NCBI GenBank assembly: GCA_031285625.1
Contig: JAITVV010000056.1
Span: 128,001 to 192,000 of the forward strand
Direction: 5' to 3'
DNA from: Prevotella sp.
GTDB lineage: Bacteria; Bacteroidota; Bacteroidia; Bacteroidales; Dysgonomonadaceae
DNA length: 64,000 bases
The translations under genes and the position numbers were made by a program. Under the pieces are notes generated by a model. The model was not told the DNA's origin. It was given only the letters and a program-made list of their open reading frames with translations, and did not search any database. Positions 40,565 through 50,652 of this stretch are shown here, in pieces (position 1 is the stretch's first letter; each line of letters opens with the position of its first letter).

Positions 40565-43222
40565 ATGAGAAGAATTATTTTCTACTCTGTATTATTAGTT
40601 ACCATAGCATTTATTACAAATGCATGTAATTCATCCGACAAACATTTTTTGAAGGATACACAATACAGAGAACAAGTACATGAACAATTCCTAAAACGTA
40701 AAGACCTGGCTACCAACCGTAGCGAACAACTTTTTTCGGTTTTTGACAAACAAGATCTAACAATAGAACAACGGGAAGCCTTGGAATTCTTGTATGCTTA
40801 TATGCCATTGTCCGATCTGGCTGATTATGATGGGGACTTTTTCCTTGGACAGGTAGACGCAGCATTTAATGCACGCGAATATTTTGATTGGGGAAAGAAA
40901 ATTCCGGATGATATATTCCGTCATTTTGTATTAGTTTATCGTGTGAATAACGAGAATCTGGATACTGCCCGTCAGGTATTTTTCGATGAGCTAAAAGACA
41001 GGGTTAAGGACTTGACTATGGAAAAAGCCGTTCTGGAAGTAAACCACTGGTGTCACGAGAAAGTAACATATAGAGGAACAGACGGTAGAACTTCATCTCC
41101 ATTAGCTTTAGCTAAAACTTCATGGGGACGGTGTGGCGAAGAATCAACATTCACCACAGCCGCTTTACGAGCTGTTGGTATACCCGCACGCCAATGCTAT
41201 ACACCACGATGGGCTCATACTGATGACAATCATGCATGGGTAGAAGCCTGGGTAGATGGTAAGTGGCACTACATAGGTGCCTGTGAACCTGAGCCTGAAC
41301 TTGATGTAGCCTGGTTTTCAGCCCCAGTCAAGAGGGCTATGATGGTGCATACCAACGTATTTGGCTTGTATAATGGACCTGAAGAAAAGAATGTACAAAC
41401 CGACCTCTATTCTGTTATTAACTTGCTAGGCAACTATACCACTACCAGAGATGTAAAAGTAAAAGTTGTGGATGAAGCAGGTAAACCGGTAGAAGGTGCT
41501 ACTGTGAAATTTAAGGTATATAACTATGCTGAGTTCTATCCGATAGCGACCGGTATAACCAAAGATGATGGTACCGCATCAATCCTTTCCGGGATGGGCG
41601 ATGTCTTCCTATGGGCAAATAAGGGCGATGTATATGGTTATGCTAAATCCACTTCTGAGTCCGGAGAGGTGACTATTACACTAAACAGCAAGCCTGGCAA
41701 GGATTTTGAAGAAATACTTGTTATTGAAGCCCCTGCCGAACAGGCGGTAAAGGAGATCTCTACTGAAAAAATTGCCGAAAATGCGAAGAGACTGGCTCAT
41801 GAAGATTCAATTCGTAATACTTATATGGCTACATTCATAAGCGAAGCTGATGCCCGCAAATTTGCCGGGGATAACAAGTTGAATCCGGATAAGACATGGG
41901 ATATCCTTTCTAAATCGCAAGGGAACTGGGAAGAGATACAATCTTTTATGAAAGCTAAAAAAGATAATCCTTATGTAAATACATTTTTACTATCACTTAG
42001 AGATAAAGATCTGCGGGATACTCCTTCTGCATACTTATTGGATCATCTGACTATTGGTGATGGTATAGCTGCCAATAAAGTAGTAAGTGACGATCCTCTT
42101 ATAAAGAACATATATTCCCCACGGATTGCATTAGAACTGATACGTCCTTGGCGAAGTTTCTTTAAGAAAGAATTGACTGAGGATTTTATAAATAAATCAA
42201 GGAGTGATATAAACGAAGTTATAAAATTTGTACAAGAGAATATTAAAACTGACGAGGATCAGAATTATTTCAAATGCCCGATATCCCCACAAGGAGTATA
42301 TGAATTGAAGGTATCCGACAAAGGCTCAAGAGATATATTATTTGTTGCATTGTGTCGTTCTATGGATATTCCTTCGCGTATCGACCGGGCAACAGGACGT
42401 CCGCAATACCTGAAAGCAGAAAATGGTATGTGGACTGATGTATTCTTTGATAAACAAACAGAAGAAAAGCCTAAAGCTACAATTCAGTTTGCAAATGCTA
42501 AAAATAACATTGTGAAACCGGGGTATTATACGCATTTCACAATTGCACGTTATGAGAACGGTGATTTCGTCACTCTTAACTATGAAAATAGCATAAAAGA
42601 TCTTCCATCCAAGATCTCAGTTGATGCAGGTTATTATCGTGTAATGATAGGTAGTCGCGGAAACGATGGTTCGGTAACTATAAACACGCGTTACTTTGAG
42701 ATAAAAGAAAAAGAAACGAAAACTCAGGAAATCAGTTTACCTGAAATAGAAGGACGTATTCAGGTACAAGGAATAGTAGATCCAAATACGGTAGTAACTT
42801 TGAATGACGGAAGTAAAAAAACGCTGAAAGAATTGACCAATGGTAAAGGACTCATGATATGTTTCGCTGATCCGGACAAGGAACCAACTAAGCATATACT
42901 TCAGGACTTGCCTGCAGTGCAACAGCCTATTGAAGAATGGGGTGGCGGTATCTTATTTGCTATACCTGATGACAAGCTAAGCAAAGCATTTGACGCATCA
43001 GTCTTCAAAAATTTACCAAAACAATCATTATGGATGACTGACAATAACAGGGCATTGCTGAACACAGTAGCAGGAGCCTTACAGATTGAATTTTCTAACA
43101 ATTTCCCATTAACGATTTATTTATCCACTAATGGTGGTATCCTTTATTCATCGCAGGGTTATCGCATCGGAATCGGAGAAAATATCATCAAAACAATCGA
43201 ACTGGAAAAAGGAACGAAGTAA
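40565..43222 (+). CDS. Transglutaminase-like domain lipoprotein
   Basis: Lipobox ITNAC; GRCGEES, ALRAVGIPAR, NHAWVE. Confidence 0.85.
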   Translation: MRRIIFYSVLLVTIAFITNACNSSDKHFLKDTQYREQVHEQFLKRKDLATNRSEQLFSVFDKQDLTIEQREALEFLYAYMPLSDLADYDGDFFLGQVDAAFNAREYFDWGKKIPDDIFRHFVLVYRVNNENLDTARQVFFDELKDRVKDLTMEKAVLEVNHWCHEKVTYRGTDGRTSSPLALAKTSWGRCGEESTFTTAALRAVGIPARQCYTPRWAHTDDNHAWVEAWVDGKWHYIGACEPEPELDVAWFSAPVKRAMMVHTNVFGLYNGPEEKNVQTDLYSVINLLGNYTTTRDVKVKVVDEAGKPVEGATVKFKVYNYAEFYPIATGITKDDGTASILSGMGDVFLWANKGDVYGYAKSTSESGEVTITLNSKPGKDFEEILVIEAPAEQAVKEISTEKIAENAKRLAHEDSIRNTYMATFISEADARKFAGDNKLNPDKTWDILSKSQGNWEEIQSFMKAKKDNPYVNTFLLSLRDKDLRDTPSAYLLDHLTIGDGIAANKVVSDDPLIKNIYSPRIALELIRPWRSFFKKELTEDFINKSRSDINEVIKFVQENIKTDEDQNYFKCPISPQGVYELKVSDKGSRDILFVALCRSMDIPSRIDRATGRPQYLKAENGMWTDVFFDKQTEEKPKATIQFANAKNNIVKPGYYTHFTIARYENGDFVTLNYENSIKDLPSKISVDAGYYRVMIGSRGNDGSVTINTRYFEIKEKETKTQEISLPEIEGRIQVQGIVDPNTVVTLNDGSKKTLKELTNGKGLMICFADPDKEPTKHILQDLPAVQQPIEEWGGGILFAIPDDKLSKAFDASVFKNLPKQSLWMTDNNRALLNTVAGALQIEFSNNFPLTIYLSTNGGILYSSQGYRIGIGENIIKTIELEKGTK

Positions 43223-43240
43223 ATATAATACTTATAAAAG

Positions 43241-43273
43241 AAATAGGCACTGATCAATGACCAGTGCCTATTT
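43241..43273. terminator. Bidirectional terminator
   Basis: AAATAGGCACTG...CAGTGCCTATTT between convergent genes. Confidence 0.8.
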
Positions 43274-43294
43274 TACTATAATAGTTCTAATAAA

Positions 43295-44713
43295 TTAGTA
43301 TCTGTAATGATCCGGTTTGTAGGGGCCTTCTACCGGAACGCCTAAATAATCAGCTTGCTCTTCGGTCAATTTAGTTAGTTTCACACCTATTTGTTCAAGG
43401 TGTAAACGAGCTACTTCCTCATCCAAATGTTTTGGTAAACGATACACATTTACTTCATAATCACGCACCCACAACTCTAACTGAGCTAAAGTCTGATTTG
43501 TAAATGAATTACTCATTACAAAAGAAGGATGCCCTGTAGCACAGCCTAAGTTAACTAAGCGACCTTCAGCTAATAAGAATATAGAATGTCCTTCAGGGAA
43601 AGTGTATTTATCTACCTGAGGTTTAATATTCAGATGTTTGATACTTGGATAGTTTACCAGCTTTTCTACTTGTATCTCATTATCAAAGTGACCAATATTA
43701 CATACAATCGCCTGATCTTTCATACGGGACATATGTTCTATTGTGATTATATCTTTGTTTCCTGTTGTAGTTACAAAGATATTCCCTTCTTTAACAGCCT
43801 CTTCCATTGTAGTTACTTCAAAGCCTTCCATCGCTGCCTGTAATGCACAGATAGGATCGATTTCTGTAACAATTACACGCGCTCCGTATGAACGCATAGA
43901 ATGGGCACAACCTTTACCAACATCTCCATATCCCGCAATAACCGCAACTTTACCTGCGATCATTACATCTGTTGCACGCTTGATACCATCAGCAAGCGAT
44001 TCGCGACAACCATAAAGATTGTCAAATTTAGATTTCGTCACCGAATCGTTTACATTTATAGCCGGAACAAGAAGTTCTCCACGTTCCATCATTTGATACA
44101 AGCGATGTACACCTGTTGTTGTTTCCTCAGAAACTCCTTTCCAGTCAGCAACAGTGCGATGCCATCTGTTTTTATCTTCTTGCAAAATACGGGATAGTGT
44201 ATCTAAAATAACTTGTTCTTCGTGGCTAGAAGCTTTTTTATCTAGGAAATCAGGATTTTCTTCCGCTTTATATCCCCAGTGAATCAGCAAGGTTGCATCT
44301 CCTCCATCATCTACAATCAAGTGAGGACCTTTACCATCAGGGAATGAGAGAGCCTGCTCTGTACACCACCAATACTCTTCAAGGGTTTCACCTTTCCAAG
44401 CGAAAACCGGGATGCCGGCTGCTGCGATTGCTGCTGCTGCATGGTCTTGTGTTGAGAAAATATTACAGCTTACCCAGCGTATATCAGCTCCCAGTTCTTT
44501 AAGGGTCTCTATTAAAACTGCTGTTTGAACTGTCATATGAAGAGAGCCCATTATGCGAGCACCTTTCAAGGGTTTAGTAGCTCCGTATTTTTTACGAAGA
44601 GCCATTAATCCAGGCATTTCATGCTCCGCTATTTCTATTTCTTTTCTTCCAAAATCGGCCAGACTAATGTCTGCTACCAGATATGGTAAATTAGGTATAA
44701 GTTCTTTTGACAT
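43295..44713 (-). CDS. ahcY: Adenosylhomocysteinase
   Basis: [44 protein letters not shown]-terminus. Confidence 0.98.
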   Translation of the reverse strand: MSKELIPNLPYLVADISLADFGRKEIEIAEHEMPGLMALRKKYGATKPLKGARIMGSLHMTVQTAVLIETLKELGADIRWVSCNIFSTQDHAAAAIAAAGIPVFAWKGETLEEYWWCTEQALSFPDGKGPHLIVDDGGDATLLIHWGYKAEENPDFLDKKASSHEEQVILDTLSRILQEDKNRWHRTVADWKGVSEETTTGVHRLYQMMERGELLVPAINVNDSVTKSKFDNLYGCRESLADGIKRATDVMIAGKVAVIAGYGDVGKGCAHSMRSYGARVIVTEIDPICALQAAMEGFEVTTMEEAVKEGNIFVTTTGNKDIITIEHMSRMKDQAIVCNIGHFDNEIQVEKLVNYPSIKHLNIKPQVDKYTFPEGHSIFLLAEGRLVNLGCATGHPSFVMSNSFTNQTLAQLELWVRDYEVNVYRLPKHLDEEVARLHLEQIGVKLTKLTEEQADYLGVPVEGPYKPDHYRY

Positions 44714-44727
44714 CTATTTATTAGTTA

Positions 44728-45810
44728 TTAAATATATTTTTCTCCATATTTTAGTTTTACATCAGCAACAAACTGCTTGATACGCTGCTCGTCATTCTTT
44801 TTACAGATTAGCAGTACTCCATCGGCTTCTGCAACTATATATCCTTCTAATCCTTGTATTACAGCGAGCTTTCCTGCAGGAAGAGTTACAATATTTTCGG
44901 AACTGTCGAAGAACAGTGTCTCAGCAATTAGCGAGGCGTTGGCATCATTATCTTTATCTGATATTTCATACAAAGAGCCCCATGTACCAAGGTCTGACCA
45001 TCCAAACTCTGCAGCCTGAACATATACATTTCCGGCTTTTTCCATGATTCCGTAATCGATAGATATATTAGGACAGAATGGAAAATTCTCATCTATAAAA
45101 TTCTTTTCATTTTCAGTACCGAAAAGATTCAGTCCCTGGTCAAAACGCGAGGTAATTTCAGGAAGATGTTCATGAAAAGCATCCAATATAGTTCTATTAT
45201 TCCAGATAAAGATACCTGAATTCCAGAGGAACTCACCGCTTTCAAAGAAAACTTTAGCTAATTCTAAATTCGGTTTTTCTGTAAATACTTTTACTTTATT
45301 TACTCCATCTAATTGTTCTTCACTCATCTGAATATATCCATATCCCGTTTCAGGACGACTAGGACGGATACCAAGCGTAAGTAATGTATCATGTTTTGCG
45401 ACAAAGGCAAAAGCATTTTGTATAATAGAAAGAAATTCCTGCTCTTTAAGTATTAAATGGTCGGAAGGTGCAACGACAATATTCGCATCCGGATTAAAAG
45501 AATTTATATGGTAAGTAGCAAAAGCAATACATGGAGCTGTATTCCTTCTCATTGGTTCCAACAATATTTGATTTGGCTTAAGTTCCGGTAATTCATCCAT
45601 TACCATCTGCGCATACTCATTGTTGGTAACAATATATATATTCTCTATCGGTAAGATTTTTTTGAACCTATCAACAGTCATTTGCAAAAGGGAACGACCT
45701 GTTCCAAAAAAATCGAGGAACTGTTTAGGGCGTGCTTCGCGGCTAAAAGGCCAAAAGCGGCTACCTATGCCGCCTCCCATTATTACACAATAATTATTTT
45801 TATTATCCAT
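44728..45810 (-). CDS. manC: Mannose-1-phosphate guanylyltransferase
   Basis: GGGIGSRFWPFSR..PKQF, EPMRRNTAP, PETGYGYI, WNSG, WSDLGTW. Confidence 0.92.
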   Translation of the reverse strand: MDNKNNYCVIMGGGIGSRFWPFSREARPKQFLDFFGTGRSLLQMTVDRFKKILPIENIYIVTNNEYAQMVMDELPELKPNQILLEPMRRNTAPCIAFATYHINSFNPDANIVVAPSDHLILKEQEFLSIIQNAFAFVAKHDTLLTLGIRPSRPETGYGYIQMSEEQLDGVNKVKVFTEKPNLELAKVFFESGEFLWNSGIFIWNNRTILDAFHEHLPEITSRFDQGLNLFGTENEKNFIDENFPFCPNISIDYGIMEKAGNVYVQAAEFGWSDLGTWGSLYEISDKDNDANASLIAETLFFDSSENIVTLPAGKLAVIQGLEGYIVAEADGVLLICKKNDEQRIKQFVADVKLKYGEKYI

Positions 45811-45920
45811 ATAATTATAATTTACGCAAAGTTACATCATACTAATATACAAACAAAACAATTAGAAACAATAGGTATAAAAAAGATATAGCAATTTTTC
45901 AAAAAAGTTAAGTATGACTC

Positions 45921-45950
45921 TTTGATATAAGAAAAATATGTGTATTTTTG
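45921..45950 (+). promoter_or_regulatory. tRNA-Leu promoter (-33 TTTG, -7 TATTTTTG)
   Basis: TTTG at 45921-45924 and TATTTTTG at 45943-45950. Confidence 0.6.
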
Positions 45951-45960
45951 CACCGCACAA

Positions 45961-46044
45961 GCCCAGATGGCGGAATTGGTAGACGCGCTGGTCTCAAACA
46001 CCAGTGGATTTACTTCCATGCCGGTTCGATCCCGGCTCTGGGTA
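45961..46044 (+). tRNA. tRNA-Leu(CAA)
   Basis: GCCCAGA/TCTGGGT acceptor stem, CTGGT-CTCAAAC-ACCAG anticodon arm, long variable arm, TTCGATC T-loop. Confidence 0.96.
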
Positions 46045-46048
46045 CTTA

Positions 46049-46082
46049 AAAACCCTGATTTTTAGCTGAAAATCAGGGTTTT
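46049..46082 (+). terminator. Hairpin immediately after tRNA-Leu (terminator and/or att-associated inverted repeat)
   Basis: AAAACCCTGATTTT-TAGCTG-AAAATCAGGGTTTT. Confidence 0.7.
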
Positions 46083-46093
46083 GCTATTTCGTG

Positions 46094-46113
46094 AGGGACA
46101 AAATAGGGACAAA
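46094..46113 (+). repeat. Direct repeat AGGGACAAA x2, candidate integrase arm-type sites
   Basis: Copies at 46094-46102 and 46105-46113, 11-bp period, 50 bp from tRNA 3' end. Confidence 0.55.
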
Positions 46114-46256
46114 GATTATTATATATAATAAAGCATAAGGATTCTTGTTATTATTAAAAAATCACAATTATTTATTGGAATAATGTGATAACTTTGCAAA
46201 GTAATTGTTATTATTGTAATATAGATATAAACAAAATTATCTATAGGATAAATTAT

Positions 46257-47285
46257 ATGAGTCAATCAGATTACATAAAAGATATTGCAAAATATGGGCT
46301 TGAAAATGACTATGAAAAGTTATTGCAAGCCTTAAATGAGCTTATTGATCATTCCAAAAAGACCAAAAAGATAAATTTTGCAATTCAACTCCAAAGTATT
46401 CTGAGAGATTCAATACGCCAACAACAAACAAGTGGCCTTTCTATAGTTGGTTCGCCTAAGCATATTTTGAAAGAAGAAGACAAGGAGATGTCTGAGTTAA
46501 TTCTTGAAAAACTCACTTCTGATTATAGGCTTAAAGATCTTGTATGTACTGATAATGTCTTGACAGAATTACAATATTTCATTAAGGAGCATCAATCTAT
46601 AGATGTTCTAAATAAGTTTGAATTACCGATTTCTAATAAGGTACTGTTCTATGGTCCATCTGGCTGCGGGAAGACCTTAGCTGCTTACGTATTAGCAGGA
46701 GAACTTGAAAAGCTTATGATTGTAGTTAATCTCGGAGCTATTGTATCTTCAAGACTAGGAGAAACTAGTAAAAACCTTGCTAAAATTTTCAAAAGAGCTG
46801 CTTCTGAGAAAGCAATCATCTTTATTGATGAATTTGATAGTTTAGGTAAAATTAGAGATTACAGTCAAGATCATGGAGAAATGAAAAGAGTTGTAAATAC
46901 AATACTACAACTTTTTGACTATATGCCCAAAGAATGTATTGTCATAGCAGCAACGAATCAAATTAATATGATTGACAATGCATTATGCAGACGTTTTGAC
47001 CTTGTCTTAGGATTAGAAAAACCAGATGAAAAGCATATCAGAGAGTTAATTGATAAAACATTATTATCCACAAATTTTGCTTTTGATAATAAAAAAGTCA
47101 TCAATACTATTATAAAGAAATGTGCGGGGTTGTCTTATTATACAATACAGAAGACTCTTATTACTGCAATAAAAAGAAGCTTATTTGAAAAAATTGAAAA
47201 TAAGTCTATATCAATGAAAATAAATACACAAATATGGAAAGAGTTAATTGATCAAGAACAATCAAATATCTCCAAACAAATCTAA
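46257..47285 (+). CDS. AAA+ ATPase, IetA-like
   Basis: Walker A GPSGCGKT, Walker B IIFIDEFD, GEMKRVVN, sensor ATN, arginine finger ALCRRFD; -7 element TAACTTTG at 46189-46196 supports ATG 46257. Confidence 0.85.
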   Translation: MSQSDYIKDIAKYGLENDYEKLLQALNELIDHSKKTKKINFAIQLQSILRDSIRQQQTSGLSIVGSPKHILKEEDKEMSELILEKLTSDYRLKDLVCTDNVLTELQYFIKEHQSIDVLNKFELPISNKVLFYGPSGCGKTLAAYVLAGELEKLMIVVNLGAIVSSRLGETSKNLAKIFKRAASEKAIIFIDEFDSLGKIRDYSQDHGEMKRVVNTILQLFDYMPKECIVIAATNQINMIDNALCRRFDLVLGLEKPDEKHIRELIDKTLLSTNFAFDNKKVINTIIKKCAGLSYYTIQKTLITAIKRSLFEKIENKSISMKINTQIWKELIDQEQSNISKQI

Positions 47286-49709
47286 TTGACCAATCTCAGC
47301 TTGAGCATCAATTTCACTTATAAGTTCTAAATTATTTTCTGCAATTAGCCCATCGTATAACCTTCCCGTTTTAGATTTTTCTTCAATATTTATAACTAAA
47401 GAAAAAGAATGCGACATTTCATAAATTTGTCTTTCTAAACTAGTTAATAATTTATTATACATAGATGAAACTGCAATCTTAAATGTTCCATCTTCATTAA
47501 TCAATTTTGCTTTAGATATTGATAAAGAGATTTGCTGAACATTGCTCAAGGGCTTATTCTTATAATAGTAATCTTCAGACCAAGCAGTTGCTCCGACTTT
47601 AGTCTGTTCTGTTTTATTTCCGTTTATTCCTTTATCAATGGTCTTATCTCTCCCATTTACACGGACTACTTCTTGTTCCTCACATAACAAATTTTTAAAG
47701 AGTCCAAATGAAATATGGATGGGACAATAAGCAATTTCATTATTCAAAATAGGCTTGAATTTAAAACAAAGAGTAGCCGTAACTTTTAATAATTTTTGAT
47801 TGGGTAATTCTTTTAAATATTCAGGAAAATGGATTGGGTAGATATGTAAATTCCCAGGTTCAATAGAGTCTTCTAATACTAAAGTTATCGAATTTTCAGA
47901 AGAATACAATAGTTTCTCTGTATTAGGTATTCCATATCCTAGAACTTGCTCGTGTTTACATATTCTAGAAGAAATAATATGATTACAAATAAAAGTTTTT
48001 TTAACAGCAGAATTGATAATTAATGCTTTTATAGTCTGCATATTATCATTTAAGTTAGGATATAACTTGAATAATCTTGCCGCTAAATTGGCAATTAAAG
48101 GAGTTGAATAACTTGTACCACAAGTTCTCATAAAATATTCCCCTGTAACGGAAGATATTACCCTTAGAGCACTATTGCTATCATCTTCTAACAGTAAATT
48201 AAAATCACCTCCATAATGAAGCAAATCTGGTTTAAAAAGATGCTTATTAGGTCTTTGTTTTTTAGTTTTCCAATTTACATGATGTCGAGGTGAATAATAG
48301 GCAGACGAATCTGTATCAAGTGATAAAGCATTTATACTATCAAAAAGTTCAAAATTACCTGCAGCAGCTCCAATCGTAATATTGTTCATGCTTTCCGCTG
48401 GGGTTTTAATGAATGCTGAATTTAAACGTATTTGATTTGGATAAGGAATAGCTCTATCAATTCCTTCAGTAGTAGATTCAACAAAATAGCCATTATGGTT
48501 ACCTGCACTTATAAAAATAAGTATATCTAATTCATAAGATAGAGTGTCTAGCATATATGCATACTTCTCAATCTGGCTATTTTCAATTTTCGGATCAATA
48601 TATCCAATACATAAGTTAAACAGTTTAATTCCATATTCAGCATTCGCTCTTCTAATTAAATCTATTACGTCTTTGTCTGGTAATCTTCCAATAGATGAAT
48701 CAATAACTTTCATCGAAAGAAGTTTTGCATCAGGCTCTATTATTCCTCTAGCTTCAGGATATAATTTATCTCCAAAAGCAATTAATGCAGCAACTCCTGT
48801 TCCATGATTGCAGTTGTCTTCTTTTGGTGAATTTCCTGTTAGACTATATGAATTGTCATTATTAACAATTATAGACTCTAAAGGGTGAATATCACTAATC
48901 CCACTATCTATTACTCCCACAATTGGAATATCATTAGAGGGATCTTCAACTTCAAATCCAAAAGAACGGATAGGTGTTTGAACTAATGATGGTCGAATAA
49001 AACCTGCATCATGGGAATTTATTGTTTGAATATTATCAAAATTATTGGCAATCTCATGAATTGTTCCTAACGCCACATTAAACAATTCAATTCTACTAAA
49101 ATCAATATCTCTTTTGAACGCTATATTATTCTCATTCAGATATCTAATTAATTGCTCTTCTAATGGTAATATAAAATCTTGAAACAATTCTGGATTTTCA
49201 ACTAATTCCAATGCATAACAACTTTTTTCTTCCAAATGACGAGTTAACACTCCAATGTCATGGTAATTGAAACTCTTTATAAACTTAATATTATTATTAA
49301 ATTCATTTTGAGCATTATGTCTTATAATCTGTTCTAATTCATTAAAAAAAGACCTAAAAAGATCTCGATCAATAACAGCAAAAACACCTATAGTATTTGA
49401 TTTTAAAAAACATATAGGATATAAACCAAAATCGTTTCTATATTGTATAGTAAAATCCTTTGAATTAAAAACATCATAGAATTCAATCTCAATATAATCA
49501 ATTTCTATATCCAAATTTAAGTTCTTATGCTCCGTCCTATATTGCTTTCCTGTTCGATAAGATTGGATTGAGTCATTTAGACTTTGTATGTTTAAAGTAG
49601 AAACCTCCTCTTGTTCATTCTCTTCTTGCCCAGAGAATCTGGCTTTTTGTCTGAATCTAGCTTGACCTTCGATTGGATTTCTAAAATATAGATGAGATTT
49701 TTTACTCAT
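47262..49709 (-). CDS. Cytoplasmic S8 subtilisin-like serine protease, IetS/Y4bN-like
   Basis: Triad VIDSG / NHGTGVA / GTSYSTP, oxyanion SAGN, PAES, KPDL; no signal peptide; 815 aa. Confidence 0.88.
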   Translation of the reverse strand: MSKKSHLYFRNPIEGQARFRQKARFSGQEENEQEEVSTLNIQSLNDSIQSYRTGKQYRTEHKNLNLDIEIDYIEIEFYDVFNSKDFTIQYRNDFGLYPICFLKSNTIGVFAVIDRDLFRSFFNELEQIIRHNAQNEFNNNIKFIKSFNYHDIGVLTRHLEEKSCYALELVENPELFQDFILPLEEQLIRYLNENNIAFKRDIDFSRIELFNVALGTIHEIANNFDNIQTINSHDAGFIRPSLVQTPIRSFGFEVEDPSNDIPIVGVIDSGISDIHPLESIIVNNDNSYSLTGNSPKEDNCNHGTGVAALIAFGDKLYPEARGIIEPDAKLLSMKVIDSSIGRLPDKDVIDLIRRANAEYGIKLFNLCIGYIDPKIENSQIEKYAYMLDTLSYELDILIFISAGNHNGYFVESTTEGIDRAIPYPNQIRLNSAFIKTPAESMNNITIGAAAGNFELFDSINALSLDTDSSAYYSPRHHVNWKTKKQRPNKHLFKPDLLHYGGDFNLLLEDDSNSALRVISSVTGEYFMRTCGTSYSTPLIANLAARLFKLYPNLNDNMQTIKALIINSAVKKTFICNHIISSRICKHEQVLGYGIPNTEKLLYSSENSITLVLEDSIEPGNLHIYPIHFPEYLKELPNQKLLKVTATLCFKFKPILNNEIAYCPIHISFGLFKNLLCEEQEVVRVNGRDKTIDKGINGNKTEQTKVGATAWSEDYYYKNKPLSNVQQISLSISKAKLINEDGTFKIAVSSMYNKLLTSLERQIYEMSHSFSLVINIEEKSKTGRLYDGLIAENNLELISEIDAQAEIGQLDLFGDI

Positions 49710-49745
49710 AAAAAGCTTATTAATAATATTTTAAACTAAATATTT

Positions 49746-50156
49746 TTACTTTCTCTCTTTCAACACCTCATGCAACAAAGAAATAGCTTCCTCTTTATCT
49801 TTCAACATCCTCTCATATAAAGCTATCTTTTCATCATATAGTTCAACTACTTTATCTAACGGATTGAAAGTTGGCTGATAATTTTGAGCAACAGAATTGT
49901 CTTGCCATGTGCCGGAAAATATATTTATGGCGGTTCCCTGTTCAAGTTCAGTGATAGCCTCAACAGGAATATCCAAGGCTTTAGCAATTTTATCTAAAAT
50001 ATCCTGTTCAAGCTTATCCTTTTTCTCATAACTAGAAAGAGTTGCCTGTGATACTCCTATTTGTTCTGCAAGTACATCCTGATTTATATTGCGCCACTCT
50101 CTCCAACGACGAACGTTAGGGCCATGGTTATTCTTTCTTACGGTTGTTTCTTCCAT
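49746..50156 (-). CDS. XRE-family HTH transcriptional regulator
   Basis: QDVLAEQIGVSQATLSSYE HTH; C-terminal NPLDKVVELY...LYERML; -7 element TATTTTTG at 50182-50189. Confidence 0.88.
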   Translation of the reverse strand: MEETTVRKNNHGPNVRRWREWRNINQDVLAEQIGVSQATLSSYEKKDKLEQDILDKIAKALDIPVEAITELEQGTAINIFSGTWQDNSVAQNYQPTFNPLDKVVELYDEKIALYERMLKDKEEAISLLHEVLKERK

Positions 50157-50342
50157 ATCTATTTATGAATTTGTTTATATGCAAAAATAAGCATTTAGGG
50201 CTAATAATAACTTATTTCTGAAGATAATATTTTAACAGTTAGGATATTGATAATATTAAACGCTTTTTCAATATGATACAAGCCTAATTGTTAGAATACA
50301 GGATGCTTGACCCTTTCTTTTGTATACATAAAGATTTTAGCG

Positions 50343-50579
50343 ATGATAAATTTATTAAAAGCTGTTTATTCAGAAGAACAGCCGAAATTTTCCTCTGTCC
50401 CTGAATATGTAGGTAAGACATTTGAGAAAATAGCCTCTGAACATACTCATTATAAAGGAATTCCTTATCATTACAAAGATAAAGAAGCCCTAATCGTGGA
50501 GATTCGTTTGGAAAACTCAACTTTATCTTGCTTAATTGAGAATGAAATTTGCACCGAAGCCTACCAGTTCCCAGATTAG
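50343..50579 (+). CDS. Small hypothetical protein (78 aa) divergent from XRE
   Basis: ATG-initiated ORF ending just before the 50615-50642 terminator. Confidence 0.5.
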   Translation: MINLLKAVYSEEQPKFSSVPEYVGKTFEKIASEHTHYKGIPYHYKDKEALIVEIRLENSTLSCLIENEICTEAYQFPD

Positions 50580-50614
50580 ATAACGCCCCAGCTGATGAAT
50601 ACCCTAAAATTATA

Positions 50615-50642
50615 CAGGCTGTAACCATTAAATTACAGCCTG
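50615..50642. terminator. Bidirectional terminator closing the mob operon
   Basis: CAGGCTGTAA-CCATTAAA-TTACAGCCTG. Confidence 0.7.
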
Positions 50643-50652
50643 CATTTTTAAG

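Noticed and set aside
46185-46256. N-terminal extension of the AAA+ ATPase
   Set aside because: The upstream GTG overlaps the -7 promoter element; ATG 46257 is more plausible
50284-50628. 114-aa minus-strand ORF between XRE and mob genes
   Set aside because: Starts inside the terminator hairpin and overlaps the more plausible plus-strand 78-aa ORF
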